A stretch of DNA of 64,000 bases from Hormiphora californensis (lineage: Eukaryota > Animalia > Ctenophora): contig CM035360.1 in NCBI GenBank assembly GCA_020137815.1, positions 7,254,001-7,318,000 on the forward strand. Direction: 5' to 3'. A program made the translations under genes and the position numbers. The notes beneath the pieces were generated by a model. The model was given only the letters and a program-made list of their open reading frames with translations. It had not been told where the DNA came from and searched no databases. This document shows, in pieces, positions 14,338 through 28,565 of the stretch (position 1 is the first letter of the stretch; the number at the start of each line of letters is the position of its first letter).

Positions 14338-15250
14338 GAGAGAAGGAGAGAGAGGAGAAGAAGAGATACAAGGGGGGAGCTGGATAGGTGATGAAGCTAT
14401 ATCCATAATGTAATTTGGGATCATCCCTGGCGATGTTATTGCAGCAACTCATGCAATTTAGATCATGCATCATTCTAGATAGAAGGTACAAACAACATAT
14501 CTACAAACAATTGCGATGAGAAAATAGCCACGTGCAAAAACCAATTGTTTTGAAATATTTTCACACAATGAAAACACTCACGGTGAGCTGATAGATATTC
14601 TGACAGCTCTAAAATGTAGCTGCATTTACATAAGACAGGCCACGGAGAAGAAATGTTATTTTCTGCGTCCTTGCCTAAAGGTTGGGCATGAAATAAAACT
14701 GTTTGTTTTGTTCAAACCCTTTTTTTTTTCAAAAAGAGGTGCAGTGAGATAGGGTCGAGCAAGCTGCAATATAATACCAATGTAGGTACTGTGTGCTCAT
14801 TACATGTGTAGTTATCAACAAAATGTAATACACTGATTTTCAGCCCATTGTTGTATCAAATAAAGTTTGTGAGATCCCTGGTCGATATTCTGGTGAACTG
14901 ATTCTTTTCTCTCATATCGATTTGATTGTCTGTTTATAACGGAACCTGGATGAAGTGTGATACCAATCAACTTGTTAATCGCAATACACCCCCTCCATGA
15001 ACTTAGTAGTGCAGTTGGATCTATCACTGCCTCTCAATCTTAACTCATCTAATTATAGCTACCTGCCAACTGTCAACTAGATTTGTAACGTCTTGTACTT
15101 ACAGAAATATGCTTGTCTTGGTCATCTAACTTTCAAAAAGACGAATGAAGAATTCCGATGTCGATTGATCTGGTAGATAAGGTATCAGCTTGGCAAGTTT
15201 CCAAGGTTAAGCCTAATTTCACACGAGTTGCAGTCGTCTCCAGTCGCCAT
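10100..15250 (-). CDS. F-box/WD40 protein (FBXW10/CDRT1-like), copy 2; indel-rich sequence, 3' end approximate
   Basis: ATG 15250. F-box exon ~13920-14030. EERNVF motif ~12050. WD repeats GHAGSIKSLLL, GSYDSTIR and LISGAQDCMVKVW at ~11260-11720, in the order I recall for FBXW10. Confidence 0.65.
10836..10991. mobile_element. Short TA-flanked MITE related to the 58111 element (also ~32912-33066)
   Basis: ggaccccgatttac ... aatttggggtcgactg termini. Confidence 0.55.
11789..11894. mobile_element. hAT-type MITE (~108 bp)
   Basis: TIR caggaaccgaccgaa/ttcggtcggttcctg. 8-bp TSD attctcgt with one mismatch here and perfect at the 33874 copy. Confidence 0.8.
12103..12974. mobile_element. Tc1/mariner-type MITE with ~300-bp imperfect TIRs and TA TSD
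   Basis: TA|cagggggg...cccctg|TA. Absent in gene copy 3. Confidence 0.8.
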
Positions 15251-18200
15251 TGTAACTTGATAATATTTGATTTGATAATAATTAAGATTAGTTGTTCATA
15301 AATGTGAACCCCTTTCCAGAGTCAATCATGTCGAGTTAGAAATACCATCACGCTAGTGAGGGCGTGAGTGATTGTGGGAGATGTGAACTGTGGGCGTGTG
15401 CCCCCTAGAAATTTCACGCGGAGGAACCTGCATCCTCCAGCCTTTTCGTCACCCGAATGAAGGTGATTATCCAAGAAGAAACTAGCTAAAGTCCTGGAGA
15501 AACAAGGCATTAGTGCAGTCATTGTCTACTGCCCGCGTTCCCCCTTTCAACTTTGTCTGGTGTATCTCAAAAAGTATTTAACTTACAGACTCCCAAAAAC
15601 GGGAGGTAACATGATATTGTAGAAAATATAATACTATCTGGGTTTTTTATTAGATATGCACAGATACATAGCTATAGTTAGTGACACTTGGTGTCATAAT
15701 TTTCTCCCATTGTTGTAGGTATTCACTTGACAGCTACCCCCTCTTTCTCTCCCATTCTCGCCCCTCTCCAGTCAGACATGTTGACAGGGGGAACGCGGCA
15801 GTAGACAATGACTGCACGAATGCCTGTTTTCTCCAGGACTTTAGCTAGTTCTTCTGGATAATCACCTTCATTCGGGTGACGAAAAGGCTGGAGGATGCAG
15901 GTTCCTCCGCGCGAAATTCCTATGGGGGTGGGGATTGAACGTTGTTCCACTTCCACCCTTAGTTTTGAGGCTCCCAATGTGCGCTTCAGCTTTTTCATGT
16001 AAAGACAATTTTGAATTTTGAGAAGAAGGAGTTGGGTGTTCAACCTTTGTTTCTCAATCATTTCTTCAAACCAAAGTTTTACAAGCTTAGAATCGAATAG
16101 TATGCTCATTTAGGTGATATGCGGTTTTTTGCCGTAGTTTCTATTGAGCACTGCAAAAGTGGTGAGGGTTGAAAAATAACTTTAAATTTTTTTGCCATGC
16201 TATGCAGTCTGTCGTTCGATCTCGCGTAAGCCGACAGACTGGGAACATGTCAAGTGTTTGGGGGGTGACAACCTGTCACAACTTTCCACCCCAAAACTGA
16301 TTGGCAAACGTTGCTGGCCCCCGCAGCGCGGGATAAGGCAGCGCTTTTCAACAAAACTGACAACTTCAAAAATCCGACTTTAATTTTTTTTAAAAAACAT
16401 CCAGAAAATGTCCGCGCGTCGTCAAGGACTTGAAATTTGCGCCGCACATTTGAGTGAATCATGCGCCCCGGCTAAAATTTTTGCTTAAAACGCTGCAACA
16501 AGTGAACGCGCAGTCATTTTACACTTGCAGCTTTTTATTTTAGATTTTGGGGCAAATTTCTTTTTTGATTTTTGTGGCCCACGTTAAGATCTGGGCGTTT
16601 TAGTGTCAGCACTCACGGTTTTTAGGGGTGGGGTAGGGTTGGTGACGTAGACACCTGGTGCGACCCCCCGTACACAGGTGTCGGCTCTACCCCAAAAGGG
16701 TCGTTTCTTTCAAAGAATGTTGCACGCGAGTCGCGATCCACTGGACTTTCAAACTTTTCAACACTACTTAAACAAATTAATTTGAGATCGAATGTATCAA
16801 CAGCCCACGATGGGCAGTCCCATGTCTGACACAAGAGACGAGATGGCTGATCCACCTGATATCCAATGTGAGCTGGAGAAAGTTGAAGAAATGCTCACCC
16901 AAATGAACCTGTTTGCCTACTACAAGATAACGGAGAAATGTCTGGAAACACCGAACGTTCGGTCAGTAGAAATGACTTGTGGAAGGTTATAAAAGGTCGC
17001 CTATGAGCGCTTTGGAACGAAGCTACCCAATGCAACAAACCAGCTCAGAATGTAATAACAGTGACGCTATACCCTCGTCAAACTTGGAAAGCAACAAGAC
17101 GAACGGTTTATCCAATTCCGGGAAGAACTCCAGCTGACTATCAAAGAACCACTTCAGCAACTTCAACCATCTTATGCCCAACTTGCTATGTCTGGAAAAC
17201 CTCCACCCCCTCCATTCCTACAGTGCTCCCAGCTGCCATACCTCTTACTACCCCTCCAACAAAACCATCATACAGGAAAATCGTCGTTGACTGCAAAGAG
17301 CTGATGTTGATGAAGTACACAGGCTCAGTGAGACTGCCCTATCAAAAACGAAAGTCTCTCGGGGGTCAGAGAAAAAATGCGGTTATCATTACTGTGCCCA
17401 GTACTGATGGTGATAAGGCACAGATGCCCTCAATAAGGACCTCTCTTCAACAACTGTCAAGTTCGATCCGAACCCACTTGCAAGATAACAGTCCTCAACT
17501 TCCCTCTTACTGATTCCATGAGGCAAACTACTGATCGCTCGGTGAGGTGCCAGGAAATACTTGGTATGCTTAAGGAGAAAAATGAGCAACTGGACAATGA
17601 TAACATTGATGTGATATACTACAGGGTAAATGATCGAGTCCCTGATACATGTACAATTGGACTAAGCTGCCTACTACAATCAAACGGCAGATACTGGGAC
17701 AAGGAGTAGTCTTGTTGGTTATATGGCGTGTAGGGTGGTGGATCGTGTGCGGGTTTAACAGTGTTATAATTGTCAGGACTTCCACCACACGCAAGATGTG
17801 TGTAACAGACGTCAGTGTGTACCCACTGTTCCAAGAACATTCTTCTAAAGACTGTACGGCAAAATCTAACGAAAGTTTCATTCCTAAATGTAATAACTGT
17901 TCTGTTGCGAAAAAGTCAGATGTTGCCCATGCTGCAAACAGTCGAGATTGTCCCTTGTATCTGTCTAAGTTCAATGAAGCTCGTTCAAAAAACCAGTAGG
18001 GTTAAAACTGGCCACTGTTACTGTTTCTCGTTGCGTAACAAGTTGTTAGATGTTTTATTGAGTATTTCTGACAGTGATATTATGCAGTGTGTGTTAAGCG
18101 AGACGTGGTTACACTTAGATGAGAGTGCTATTGAGAGAGAGACTAGAGAGCATGGCTACAGTTGGTCAGCAGCCGCGTGGCTCTAGAGGAGGTGGTGTCG

Positions 18201-19781
18201 CCATCCTCATGAGGAAATCCTTCCACCATGTTCAGGTAAAGCACTCATTTTCATCATTCGAGTGTGTGGAAACTCTCATCACTCAAAGAGTTCCAATCCT
18301 ACAGCTCAGGGACCCAGGTTCCAACCCCTCCGTCTTCTTGGCATCTATCGCCCTCCATCCAGCCCTATTTCTACCTTCTTCGATGAATTCGAATCGTTGC
18401 TCCATGACCTTTCGGAACGGCCTGGAGAGGTGGTTATTTCAGGTGATTTCAACATACATGTGCAAGATACCAGTTCCGGATCAACTAAACCTTTCTCGGG
18501 CTCTCGTGACCATCATTTTCGTCAATTTGTTTCGGAACCTACGCATATAGCGGGTGGTAAACTGGATTTGGTCATTGCCAAGACCTTACCTGGTATTTCT
18601 CCATCTCCAATATACATGTGGATATGATTCCTGCTGTACCTGATCATGCCCTGGTGTCATTCACCCTAGAAAATGGAGTTACAGCCCAACGGAAGAAGTT
18701 TGTCTCGGTTGAAAAGAGACATAAAAATCACTGGATATTGAACAGCTAATTATCCAATCCTACAGTCCCCTCTCTGTGACATAGAAACTTCCCTCGGAGG
18801 TGGAGGAACTTATTGAACTGTATGATGAGATGTTGGCTGAGTTTCTCGATGAACTTGCCCCGGTCACTGAGATGATTTCCCCGAAGATCCAGGCCCCAAG
18901 TGGTATAAACACTGATTGTCAAGCTGCTAAACGTCGTAGGAGGAAAGCTGAACGACAGTATCTGGCCACGCTGTTGAAATCTGTGTGTCCTAACCTGTGG
19001 GACGTCTCCGAACTAAACGTGACGAGGCTAAAGCAGCAACCAAGTTTATCGTTGGAGTTAGGAGTGGATATTATCGGGAGGAGCTTGATGAAGCCGATGG
19101 TGATATGCAAGAGGTCTTACAGAATCATGAATGGTCTGCTGGGAAAGGTGGAAATTCATCAGTACTTCCTGAGTACACGGATCTTGACGAACTATGCCAG
19201 AGATTCATTGAATTCTTCCAAGAAAAAATCAACAAGATCTACACAGAAATTGAAGCAATGCGTGCTGACACCGAGGAAGTTTTCTGGTCCTTGAGGATGA
19301 AAATAGCCTGCCTAAGTTTGACTCTTTCAGACCTGTAACCAGTGTGAGCTGGTGAAGATCATTCGTTCAATGAATTATAAAATCTGGTGACCTCGATCCC
19401 ATTCCTTCTAAGCTCGTTGGAACCTGTATACACGAGCTGATCCCCATCATTAAAGCATTGTCAACGGTAGTCTGGTCAACGGAGTATTTCCTTCTGTCCT
19501 CAAGAAAGCAGTTTATCCGGCCGGTGTACAAGGGGAAAGGGTTGGACAGCAACGATGTTGGAAGCTACAGGCCTATATCTAACCTCAGCTTCATCTCTAA
19601 AATCATCATCGAAAAGTGTGTTTCTTTACAATTGACAGAACACCTGGAAGAACACGAGCTGTTTGCTACAGTGCAGTCTGCCTACAGAAAAAAACACTCA
19701 TGTGAAACGGCTACCCTGAATCTTTAATGATCTACTCGTGATGACTGACAAGAAAAGTAAGGCAGTACTCCTTCTACTCGC
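12601..19781 (+). repeat. Indel-rich duplicate of window positions 1-~7300, including a 3'-cut copy of the LINE at 16747-19781
   Basis: Starts with the same ctgtgatacgtgattctcc. Differences are mostly single-base deletions and insertions that break every ORF. Confidence 0.92.
12987..13539 (-). mobile_element. HINE-like element, duplicate copy
   Basis: Same sequence as 394-956. Confidence 0.7.
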
Positions 19782-20505
19782 TCTCTATTTTATTTCCAAA
19801 TTAAAATAAAGATAACATTTCTACGAGGCAGAGAAGATTTTCTGTCAGGCACTGTCTAAATGTCTAACCACCACCATAATTAGATATCTGTCAGCCCGGT
19901 CAGGTGGACTAGAAAGTGGGAAGTAACAACGTAACTATTGATATACTTTGTAGAGTACAGAGTTGGGCAAATTTGGCGTACAAGATATACTTATAGGTAC
20001 CAAATATTATGTGTACCATAGCAACATATGGGTGGCGGGTGCCATAGCAACATATTTGATATGTTTAGAGGGAGTCAACAGTCATTGAATGAGATCTGAT
20101 CAGGATTCATAATGAACGTGTGAGAGAGAGCCAGGGAATCTTGTTCCAGTTCTAAAGTCCCTTTAGTAGGACTTACCCCTAGATATCTCTCACAGCAGTA
20201 GTCCCAGGTTACTGGCAGGAAGTTTAAACTTGTCACAGAACTTGTGGTGTTAATCAGCAACCTGAATCACGGGGTGTAGTTTAGGTGAAATCGGGAGAAC
20301 ACGAAATAAGACGATATCTTTACAAGGAAGGGCAGGTCGGTAGAACTTCGACAGAATTTAGGGCAGGTCAATTTAGGGCAGGTCAATTTAGGGCAGGTCT
20401 GAATTTAGGGCAGGTAAATTTAGGGCAGGTAAATTTAGGGCAGGTCTGAATTTAGGGCAGGTCAATTTAGGGCAGGTCTGAATTTAGGGCAGGTCTGAGT
20501 ACTAA

Positions 20506-22900
20506 AAAATATAGATAGTACTGTAGCTAAAGAGGAATACGAACTCAAAGAACATCAATACAGAACACTAGCAATAGAGAAAGAAACATCCTTTCTCGAG
20601 CTTTCCTCTATAGATGAACTTACACCCAATGCTAATGTATCAAAGAAATTTTTCAAACACGTTAAGTCCAAAACGAATAGCACTAGAATTCCTGAGAGAG
20701 TATACCTTAATAATAAATTTAGCTCTTCGAGTCGTCGTAAATGTGAAATGTTCAATGAATTTTTCTGTAATCAATTCACTGAATCTAGTACCTACAAAGA
20801 AACTGTTGATATTGATAGAGATCACACTAATGATTTTAACTCTGAGATATTTAGATTTGATGAGATTCAAAAGATTCTAAAAAAGTTGGATGCGTCAAAA
20901 GCAACAGGTCCAGATAATATTGACGGTGTTGTGCTTAAGAAATGTCATAAATCCCTAGCTTATCCACTCACCCTTATATTTAATAAATCATACTCAGAGG
21001 GATGTATACCAACAGAATGGAAAACCGCGAACGTTGTCCCAGTTTACAAGAAAGGGGAACGATCATGCGTTGAGAATTATAGGCCTATATCCCTGACTTG
21101 CCTTGTTATGAAAGTTTTTGAGAAATTAGTAAGAGAACGCCTATATAAAGCCTGTCTAGAAAAAATAACTCCCTACCAGCATGGTTTTGTACCCTTGAAA
21201 TCATGTACGTCACAACTGATTGAGTTTAATTGTGAATTAGCGTTGAACATAAATAACCGGAATCAAACTGATATAGTTTACTTTGACTTTCAGAAAGCAT
21301 TTGATAGTGTATCTCATGATGTAATAATAAATAAGCTGAAAAATGAGTTTAATTTAGGAGGTAAGATGTTGCGTTTCCTAATGAATTATTTATCTGGTAG
21401 GCAACAGAGGGTTGTGTTAGATGGGGATTTTTCAGAATGGGTAGAGGTTAGGAGTGGAGTTCCACAAGGATCAATACTAGGTCCTTTCTTGTTTGTGTTA
21501 TTCATAAATGATATTGTTAATGTTTTAAGAGAAGACGATCTAACTAAAATTAGGCTATATGCAGATGATCTGAAAATTTGGCGGGTTATAAATAGTGAAG
21601 AAGATAGTTTGCAGCCCGACATCGATAGTTTAGTGGAATGGGCAAAGGATAATAAAATGATATTCCATCCTAAAAAGTGTAAGCTGCTTAGGTGTACTAA
21701 AATTATTAAACAACGTCAACTAAATTATCACCTAGGCAGAGATGAAATCAAATTATGTGAAAATGAAGTTGATCTAGGAGTCTCAACTAATCACAAGTTG
21801 TCGCCAATCGAACACCAGAAAAATGTTGTTTCCAAAGCTTCTCAAAGATTAGGACTGGTGAAGCGTGTAGGCGTATTAGTTAAATGTCCCCTTAAAAAGA
21901 AGAACCTCTACATTAGTCTAGTTAGATCTTTGTTCGAACACTGTAGCCAAATATGGCGTCCACAAAGTGAGTCAAGTCTGCTTAAGTTTGAACGACTCCA
22001 GAAACGTGCCACAAAATGGATATTCGGTGAAACAGATACCAGTTATAGTTTAGATACGTATATAAAGAAACTCAGGGAGATTGACGTACTCCCAATGACT
22101 CAAAATTTCAATATAATGATCTTAAATTGTTCCATAAAATATTCTATGAGACGTCTCCTATAAAACTTCCATCTTTCCTACAAAAATACAATCCGGAATT
22201 ACATGACAGACGTGCCACCAGACAACAAACAAACCGAGACAGTACGGACATTATATGTACCGAACAACCCAGAGTAGACCTGTTCAAAAACTGTTACTTT
22301 TACCGCTGCCACCTTGAGTGGAACTTACTTCCTAAAGAACTGAGAAATACAGCTGAACACCATTTATTTTCCTCTAGACTGAAAGACCATCTCTGGAAAG
22401 CCTTACACGACATAACTTAATTCGCTGCTGTGGTGTGGGCCCCTTTCTCTTCTTTTATCTTTACAGTAACTGTCCTTCTTCCTCACATATCTTTCATTCT
22501 TACATTGTACTCAAATTGAAGGTTTGGAGTGGTGTTGAACAGTTTGAAACAAGATGGTGGACCCGCACCACAGATGTGAATTATAACTGATCTACCCAAC
22601 AGTCGACATATTGACGTTAAATTCGGGGTATGGTTCATGGGGGAGGGAGGTAGGGGACTGGGAATCAAGGGTAAGTATTAAGTATAATTGTTATTATTAA
22701 TGAGTGAAATAAATTTAGATTACAACTAGTATAAGAGTGTGTTTTAGCCTTATAGCTACTTTTTTTAAATATTTTTAAATGAGTTTTTTAAGACGTAAGC
22801 ACTCGCGCCATAGGCTGCTAAACTATTAGTAAGAGTCAGTCGGGTATTTATTTAATGTGCAATTTGTACGTTTATATAATATCTATTTCAAATCAAATCA
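20506..22900 (+). mobile_element. 5'-truncated LINE (CR1/Jockey-like RT) with (AAATC)n tail
   Basis: Interrupts the host arm between actaa and gcatgtgaatg. Tail ttcaaatcaaatca. Confidence 0.88.
20748..22420 (+). pseudogene. Reverse transcriptase ORF2 fragment (frameshift at ~22130)
   Basis: KATGPD, NYRPISL, YFDFQKAFD, GVPQGSILGP, LYADD, WNLLP. No endonuclease domain. Confidence 0.88.
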
Positions 22901-23475
22901 AGCATGTGAATGTAATTCGGGGAAGCTTATAAGCGGTGTGAGACGATACGAGATATAATGGAACATGATTCGGGGAAGCCAATCAGGAGTGTTCGACGAT
23001 ATGAGACACGATTCGGTGAAGGTTTCTATGGCAATTTCTGATTTGCCGCATACGGCGTCGAGACGGCGTCTAGACGCCGTCTAGACGGTATACCGTCTGG
23101 ACGGGTTTCGGTGAAATCAGCTAAAAACGGTACCGAAATTGCTTGAGACGGGTTATAGACGGTATCAGACGGTCTCTAGACGGGTTATAGACGGTATCAG
23201 ACGGTGTTGCGACAGTATCAGACGGTCTCTAGACGGTGTCTAGACGGTACCGTCCCGGCGTCTGGACGGCGTCTGGACGGTGTCTAGACGGTATCCGTCC
23301 GAAGTTGAGACGGCACGTCTGAAAATTGTACCAGACGTTGAGACGGACTTTTAGAACTCCGTCATTATTTCAGACGGAGTTTTAAAAGTACGTCTCAACG
23401 CAGTCTAAAGGAAAATCGATGAAAGTACCGTCTAGACAACGTCTCAACTGAAACCGGTCAACATACCGTCTAAAC

Positions 23476-25908
23476 TCCATGGGATGGAATGGTAGTGATG
23501 TGGTGCTGAACTGAGCTTCGCTCTTCTTGGCGCCATATCACTGCAAGCCCGATCAGTCAACCTCCGCGTCGGTCCATCCTGGAAACGTACTCCGCGTGTG
23601 TGGTCCGGTTTTTTGCTCGGGGTTGGGTGGTCTTTGGCCTTGTTATGGGTGGTCGTGCTCCTGGTTCCGGCCGAGATGGGCTCTCTGTCTTGGCGGGGAC
23701 TGGGGTGCGGTCGTCTTGGGCGGGGTCGGGGTCTTCCCTGTCCGTCGGGTGGGGGATCGGGCTGTGTGCGTGTTGTGCGGCTAATGACTGCGGACGTGAG
23801 CTGCTATCTCCCATTAAGGGAGTAAATTAAACGCCAGAGAACTAGCCTCGCTCAATATTGGCAACCGAGGGCCTCTGCCTTGTAGGCATGCCTGTTGACC
23901 CGGCAGCTGTAGCCTTTAAGACAGCCCTTCAGTCCAACATACCATTGGTAGGACGGAGGTTACCTTCTCTCGCAAAAAATAGGGGTTATTCCCCTGGGGA
24001 ACCTCTGCCCAAATTTTTGCCACATACTACCTTTGCAATATAATCCCGCAAATTAAAAATCAAATATTCCACTGTACGGACTACTATACTGCTGGAAAAC
24101 CTACTACAGGCTACCCAAACTAAACCAAAGAAGTGTTAGTTTTTTGATTCCGAAAATATGCCTAAATTCAAATTCCTCTCTCAGTCCTAGATGTCCTTGC
24201 AAACACAGCGAATAATATATGTACTCCAATCTGCTTCAGATTGAGAGATAAGGATATGTGATCCGTAAAGCCTACTCACAGGAGGGTGCGAAGATACTTT
24301 TATAGAGCTAAATACATCACCCGAGTATCCGATAATGGAAAAAGCAATGATCATCCTTATCGTAGTCCCGTAAATAGGAAGATGAACTAATCAAATAACA
24401 CCACAAGCCACTACGCGATATCAACCACCGAGATTTGTAGTTTAAATTAAGGCCTAGCGGCCTCCTAATCGCATTAACAAATACACAAATAATGACAGGC
24501 TAGACAACCACTCGGCACATATCTCCCCCTATAGCAACCTACATGACTCTGTTTTCGTAAGCCCCGCAACAGTTGAGTACCACTTCTACTACTCCTCCTC
24601 GCACCAGTCCACATGGTACGCAAACCACTGTGTACCACCGCGAGTGACCCAGACACAATTGGCACTCCGGCCGGTGACCTATAATAATAATAATAAAGAT
24701 TTTGGCCACACGGCCAACTCAGAATTCACTCTACGCAAAGTACGTCTAAACTCACTTCCATTTCTCACAATAGTAATTAAAGAAATGTGCATCAAATGGA
24801 ACACCGCCAGTGATCCAGTCGCAATTGGAACCCCGCCAGTGACCCAGTCGAAATTAGCACCCTCGCCAGTGACCCAGTCACAGTTGGCACCCCTGTCACA
24901 CATGACACATTAGACAAACTATAATCCCCCTAGCAACCTACATGACACTGTTTCTGAAGACCAGCAACTACTACTCCTACTACTCCTCCTCACACCAGCT
25001 CACATGGTATGCAAAACATTGTATACCACCGCCATTGACCCGGTCACCGCCAGTGACCCGGTCATGTTTGGCACCCCCGCCAGTGACCTAGTCACAATTG
25101 GCACCCCCGCCAGTGACCTAGTCACAATTGGCAACCTAACCTCGCATGGCAAAATGTAGCCTAAACAATTGCAATCCCCCCGCCAAAATCTATGATCTGA
25201 AGAGTATTCACGAATACGAGGGGGAAATACTTATGGTGTTAATATGATCGATAAGAGCCCGTGACCACCGGGCAGGTCGAGGTCAACAGGACCACCTACG
25301 GCCAGACATCTCTGGAGACATTAGAAAACGCAAAGTGCCGCCTCTGGAAGCTGATACTTAGCAAATGCTTGCCAGTGTGAATCGATTTAAAGCTACCGCT
25401 ATTGGAAAATAGTCGCCGGACTCCCAGGCCGTAGGCAGATCTGTCATACTAAGGGTACCGACCCAAAGCCTGAGATGTGTAAGATACGTTGTCAGCGACA
25501 CCGTAGTCCGCTACAGTGAACCATCGTTACATCGTATCCGGCAACCCACCTACTTCTACAGTTGCTTGCAACAGTAGTAACCAGAGACCAGTCACTCGGA
25601 CAGGTAAATTCCGCCACTGTCCTTGTAATAGTCGGGCGTCTACTTCCTTCGTATGCAATACCTTTCTCGCGGTGCCAAACAGGGCAGGGGGGAACTCAGC
25701 GGGCAGCAAGGAGGGGGGAGTAAGATCCCCTATCCCCTCTGCGCGGCCTGCTGGACGAACCCAGGCTCGACCTGGAGAACACCGACACGTGACCTTTTTG
25801 TGTGGGGACATGTGGCGAGAGGTGAATTCCTAGGGGCAGGCTGTCTCGTCTTACATGACAGCTAAGTGGGTCGGAATGTTGGGAGGTACTAAACACACAC
25901 ACACACAC
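23476..25908 (+). mobile_element. Non-coding retroposon-like insertion with 11-bp TSD and (CA)n tail
   Basis: accgtctaaac at 23465-23475 and 25909-25919. Ends in (AC)9. No long ORF. Confidence 0.7.
24640..25135. repeat. Degenerate ~27-28-bp minisatellite (ccgccagtgacccagtcacaattggcacc)
   Basis: Several units seen in clusters. Confidence 0.75.
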
Positions 25909-27439
25909 ACCGTCTAAACAACGTCTAGACAACGTCTAAACAGAATCTCGCGATTCAGTTTCAAATACCGTCTAGACAACTTCTCCAGCAATTTCGATAA
26001 GAATACCGTCTAAACAACGTCTAGACAACGTCTCAAATAATGATGTCTAGACTCGACCGTTTTCGAAGACCATTCTGGATTACCCATGCCAGTTGGAATT
26101 AGTGGTAGATGTGTGCCTATTGAATGAAAATTACACATGTGTTTAACCAGCACAGTCGTACCGCGATGCTCGGGGACGGGAAAGGGGTTATCCTCCCGGT
26201 AATTTTCGTACCCAACTTCAAATAAATCGAGGTCCAACTGTACATCATTTTCATTATCAAAAAGGCACACATTCATCACCAATTATAACTGGTTGTAAGC
26301 GGTTGCAAAGTTTTAAACACTGCAGCTGTAAATAGAAATGTAAAAAGTCTAGACATCATTATTTGAGACGTTGTCTAGACGTTGTTTAGACGGTATTCTT
26401 ATCGAAATTGCTGGAGAAGTTGTCTAGACGGTATTTGAAACTGAATCGCGAGATTCTGTTTAGACGTTGTCTAGACGTTGTTTAGACGGTATGTTGACCG
26501 GTTTCAGTTGAGACGTTGTCTAGACGGTACTTTCATCGATTTTCCTTTAGACTGCGTTGAGACGTACTCCGTCTGAAATACAGACGGAGTTCTAAAAGTC
26601 CGTCTCAACGTCTGGTACAATTTTCAGACGTGCCGTCTCAACTTCGGACGGATACCGTCTAGACACCGTCTAGACACCGTCCAGACGCCGGGACGGTACC
26701 GTCTAGACACCGTCTAGAGACCGTCTGATACCGTCTAGACACCGTCTGATACCGTCTATAACCCGTCTGATACCGTCTATAACCCGTCTCAAGCAATTTC
26801 GGTACCGTTTTTAGCTGATTTCACCGAAACCCGTCCAGACGGTATACCGTCTAGACGCCGTCTAGACGCCGTATGCGGCAAATCAGAAATTGCCGGTTTC
26901 TATCATTTTCCATCCCTAGACCCTATCCCCCTCTCTGTTCGCACTGTCTCTCTTTCAATTTCTCTTACTTTCTCTGAGGGAGAAAGAGAGAGATACCCTT
27001 AACTTTTTGACTGCTAGGAAAGCACGTAGGAATTGTAGATGTTGGCGGCTCTTTTTACCGAGAGAGAAAAGACAATGTTTAGCCACCGACCGAGAGCTGC
27101 CTACATCTACCTGATGGGAAAGCGGCGAAACCAATTTCCACGGAGGAGCTCAACAGTCTTTCTATCTCGACTCTCGGTAAAAAGTTAAGGGTATCTATCT
27201 TTCTCCATGTCTCTCTTTCTCCCGTCATAGAAAAGGAAAGAGAAAGAAAGAGAGACATAGCGAACAGAGAGGGGGATAATAATAATAATAATACCGCCTG
27301 TACACCATGGGTACAGTCTACAAATTGGTAGGGCTGTCCCATGTTGCTATCTAACCAATGGCTTATCTTACTATATAATGCAAAAACACCCGAAACTTGA
27401 TCCCACCCATGCATGTTTGGTGGTCCCTAAATCGTCGTC

Positions 27440-27645
27440 ATCAAGATCAGATCACATCACCCAACATGCATGATCAGATCACCCTACTGAGGATCAGATC
27501 CCCCCCCACCCAAGATCAGATCACCCTACTGAGGATCAGATCCCCCCACCCAAGATCAGATCATCCCATTGAGGATCATATCACCCCACCCATGATCAGA
27601 TCACCCCAGTGAGTATCAGATCATTCCAGTGGTTATCAGATCCCA
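27440..27645. repeat. GATCA-rich degenerate tandem repeat
   Basis: gatcagatcacc motif repeated about 11 times. Confidence 0.75.
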
Positions 27646-27699
27646 CATTTCACCCAGCAGTCCACTGTGCGTGATGAGATCCCCATATAGAGTAGAAAA

Positions 27700-27733
27700 T
27701 AGACATAGACGACAGAGAAATTGAGATAGAAAT

Positions 27734-27767
<34 letters not shown>

Positions 27768-27981
27768 GAGAGAGACAGAGAAGAGAGAAAGAGGAGAGAG
27801 CTCTCTGCGCTCGCGATCACTCTCGCTCTCGCTCTCTCTCTATCCTCTTCTGCTATCTCGCTCTCTTTTTCTCTCTCTCTCGCCCTCGCGCGCTCTCTCT
27901 CTCTCTCTCTCGCCGCTCTCATCTCTCTTCTCTCTCTCTCTCTCTCTCTCGCTCTCGTCTCTCTCTCTCAGCTCTCTCGCT

Positions 27982-28021
<40 letters not shown>

Positions 28022-28565
28022 ATGCGTTTTTCCGGCTCGCGCCCCGCTCCCCTCTCCGTCCCCGCTCTCTCTCGCTCTCTCTCTCTGTCTCGCTCTCTTC
28101 TCTGCGTTCGGCTCTCTCTCTCTCCTCTGCCTCTCTCTCCTCTCTCTCTCTCGCTCTCCTCCTCTCGTCTACTCTCTCTCTTTTTTCCTCGTCTCTGCTT
28201 CCCTCTCCCTCGCACTCTTCGCTCTCCTCTCTCCCTCTCTATCTCTCTCTCCTCTCTCTCTCTCTTTCTCTCTCTCTCTCTTTGGTTACCTTTTTTTCTC
28301 TCTCTCTGTCTTCCTCTCTCTCTCTCTCTCTTCTCTCTCTTCTTCTCTCTCTCTCCTCTATCTCTCTCCGTCCTAGCTCTCTTCTCTCTCTCTCTCTCTC
28401 TCTCTCGCGGCTCTCTTCGTCTAGTGTCTCTCTCTCTCTCTCCACATCTCTGCGGCTCGCTCTCTCTCTCTCTATTTTTTTCCTCATCTCTCCTCTTTCT
28501 AGTCTCTCTCTCTCGCTCTCTCTCTCTCGCTCATCTCTCTATCTCTCCTTCTCCTCTCTCTCTGT
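27700..28565. repeat. Noisy (GA)n/(CT)n microsatellite tract
   Basis: Seen directly. Confidence 0.9.

Larger units (their letters stand above)
23030..26894. mobile_element. Mutator/Foldback-like non-autonomous element with ~550-bp modular TIRs and 9-bp TSD
   Basis: TSD ggtttctat at 23021-23029 and 26895-26903. Termini ggcaatttctgatttgccgc/gcggcaaatcagaaattgcc. Arms are built from gtctagac-type motifs. Confidence 0.85.

Noticed and set aside
16792-19727. Many short ORFs as distinct genes or an old pseudogene
   Set aside because: Fragments of the same LINE broken by 1-bp indels with few substitutions, which fits read error.
20360-20497. TTTAGGG-containing tandem array as a telomere or CRISPR array
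   Set aside because: Units are 15/17 bp with no unique spacers and are mirrored at 28995-29220 as subterminal repeats of a TIR element.
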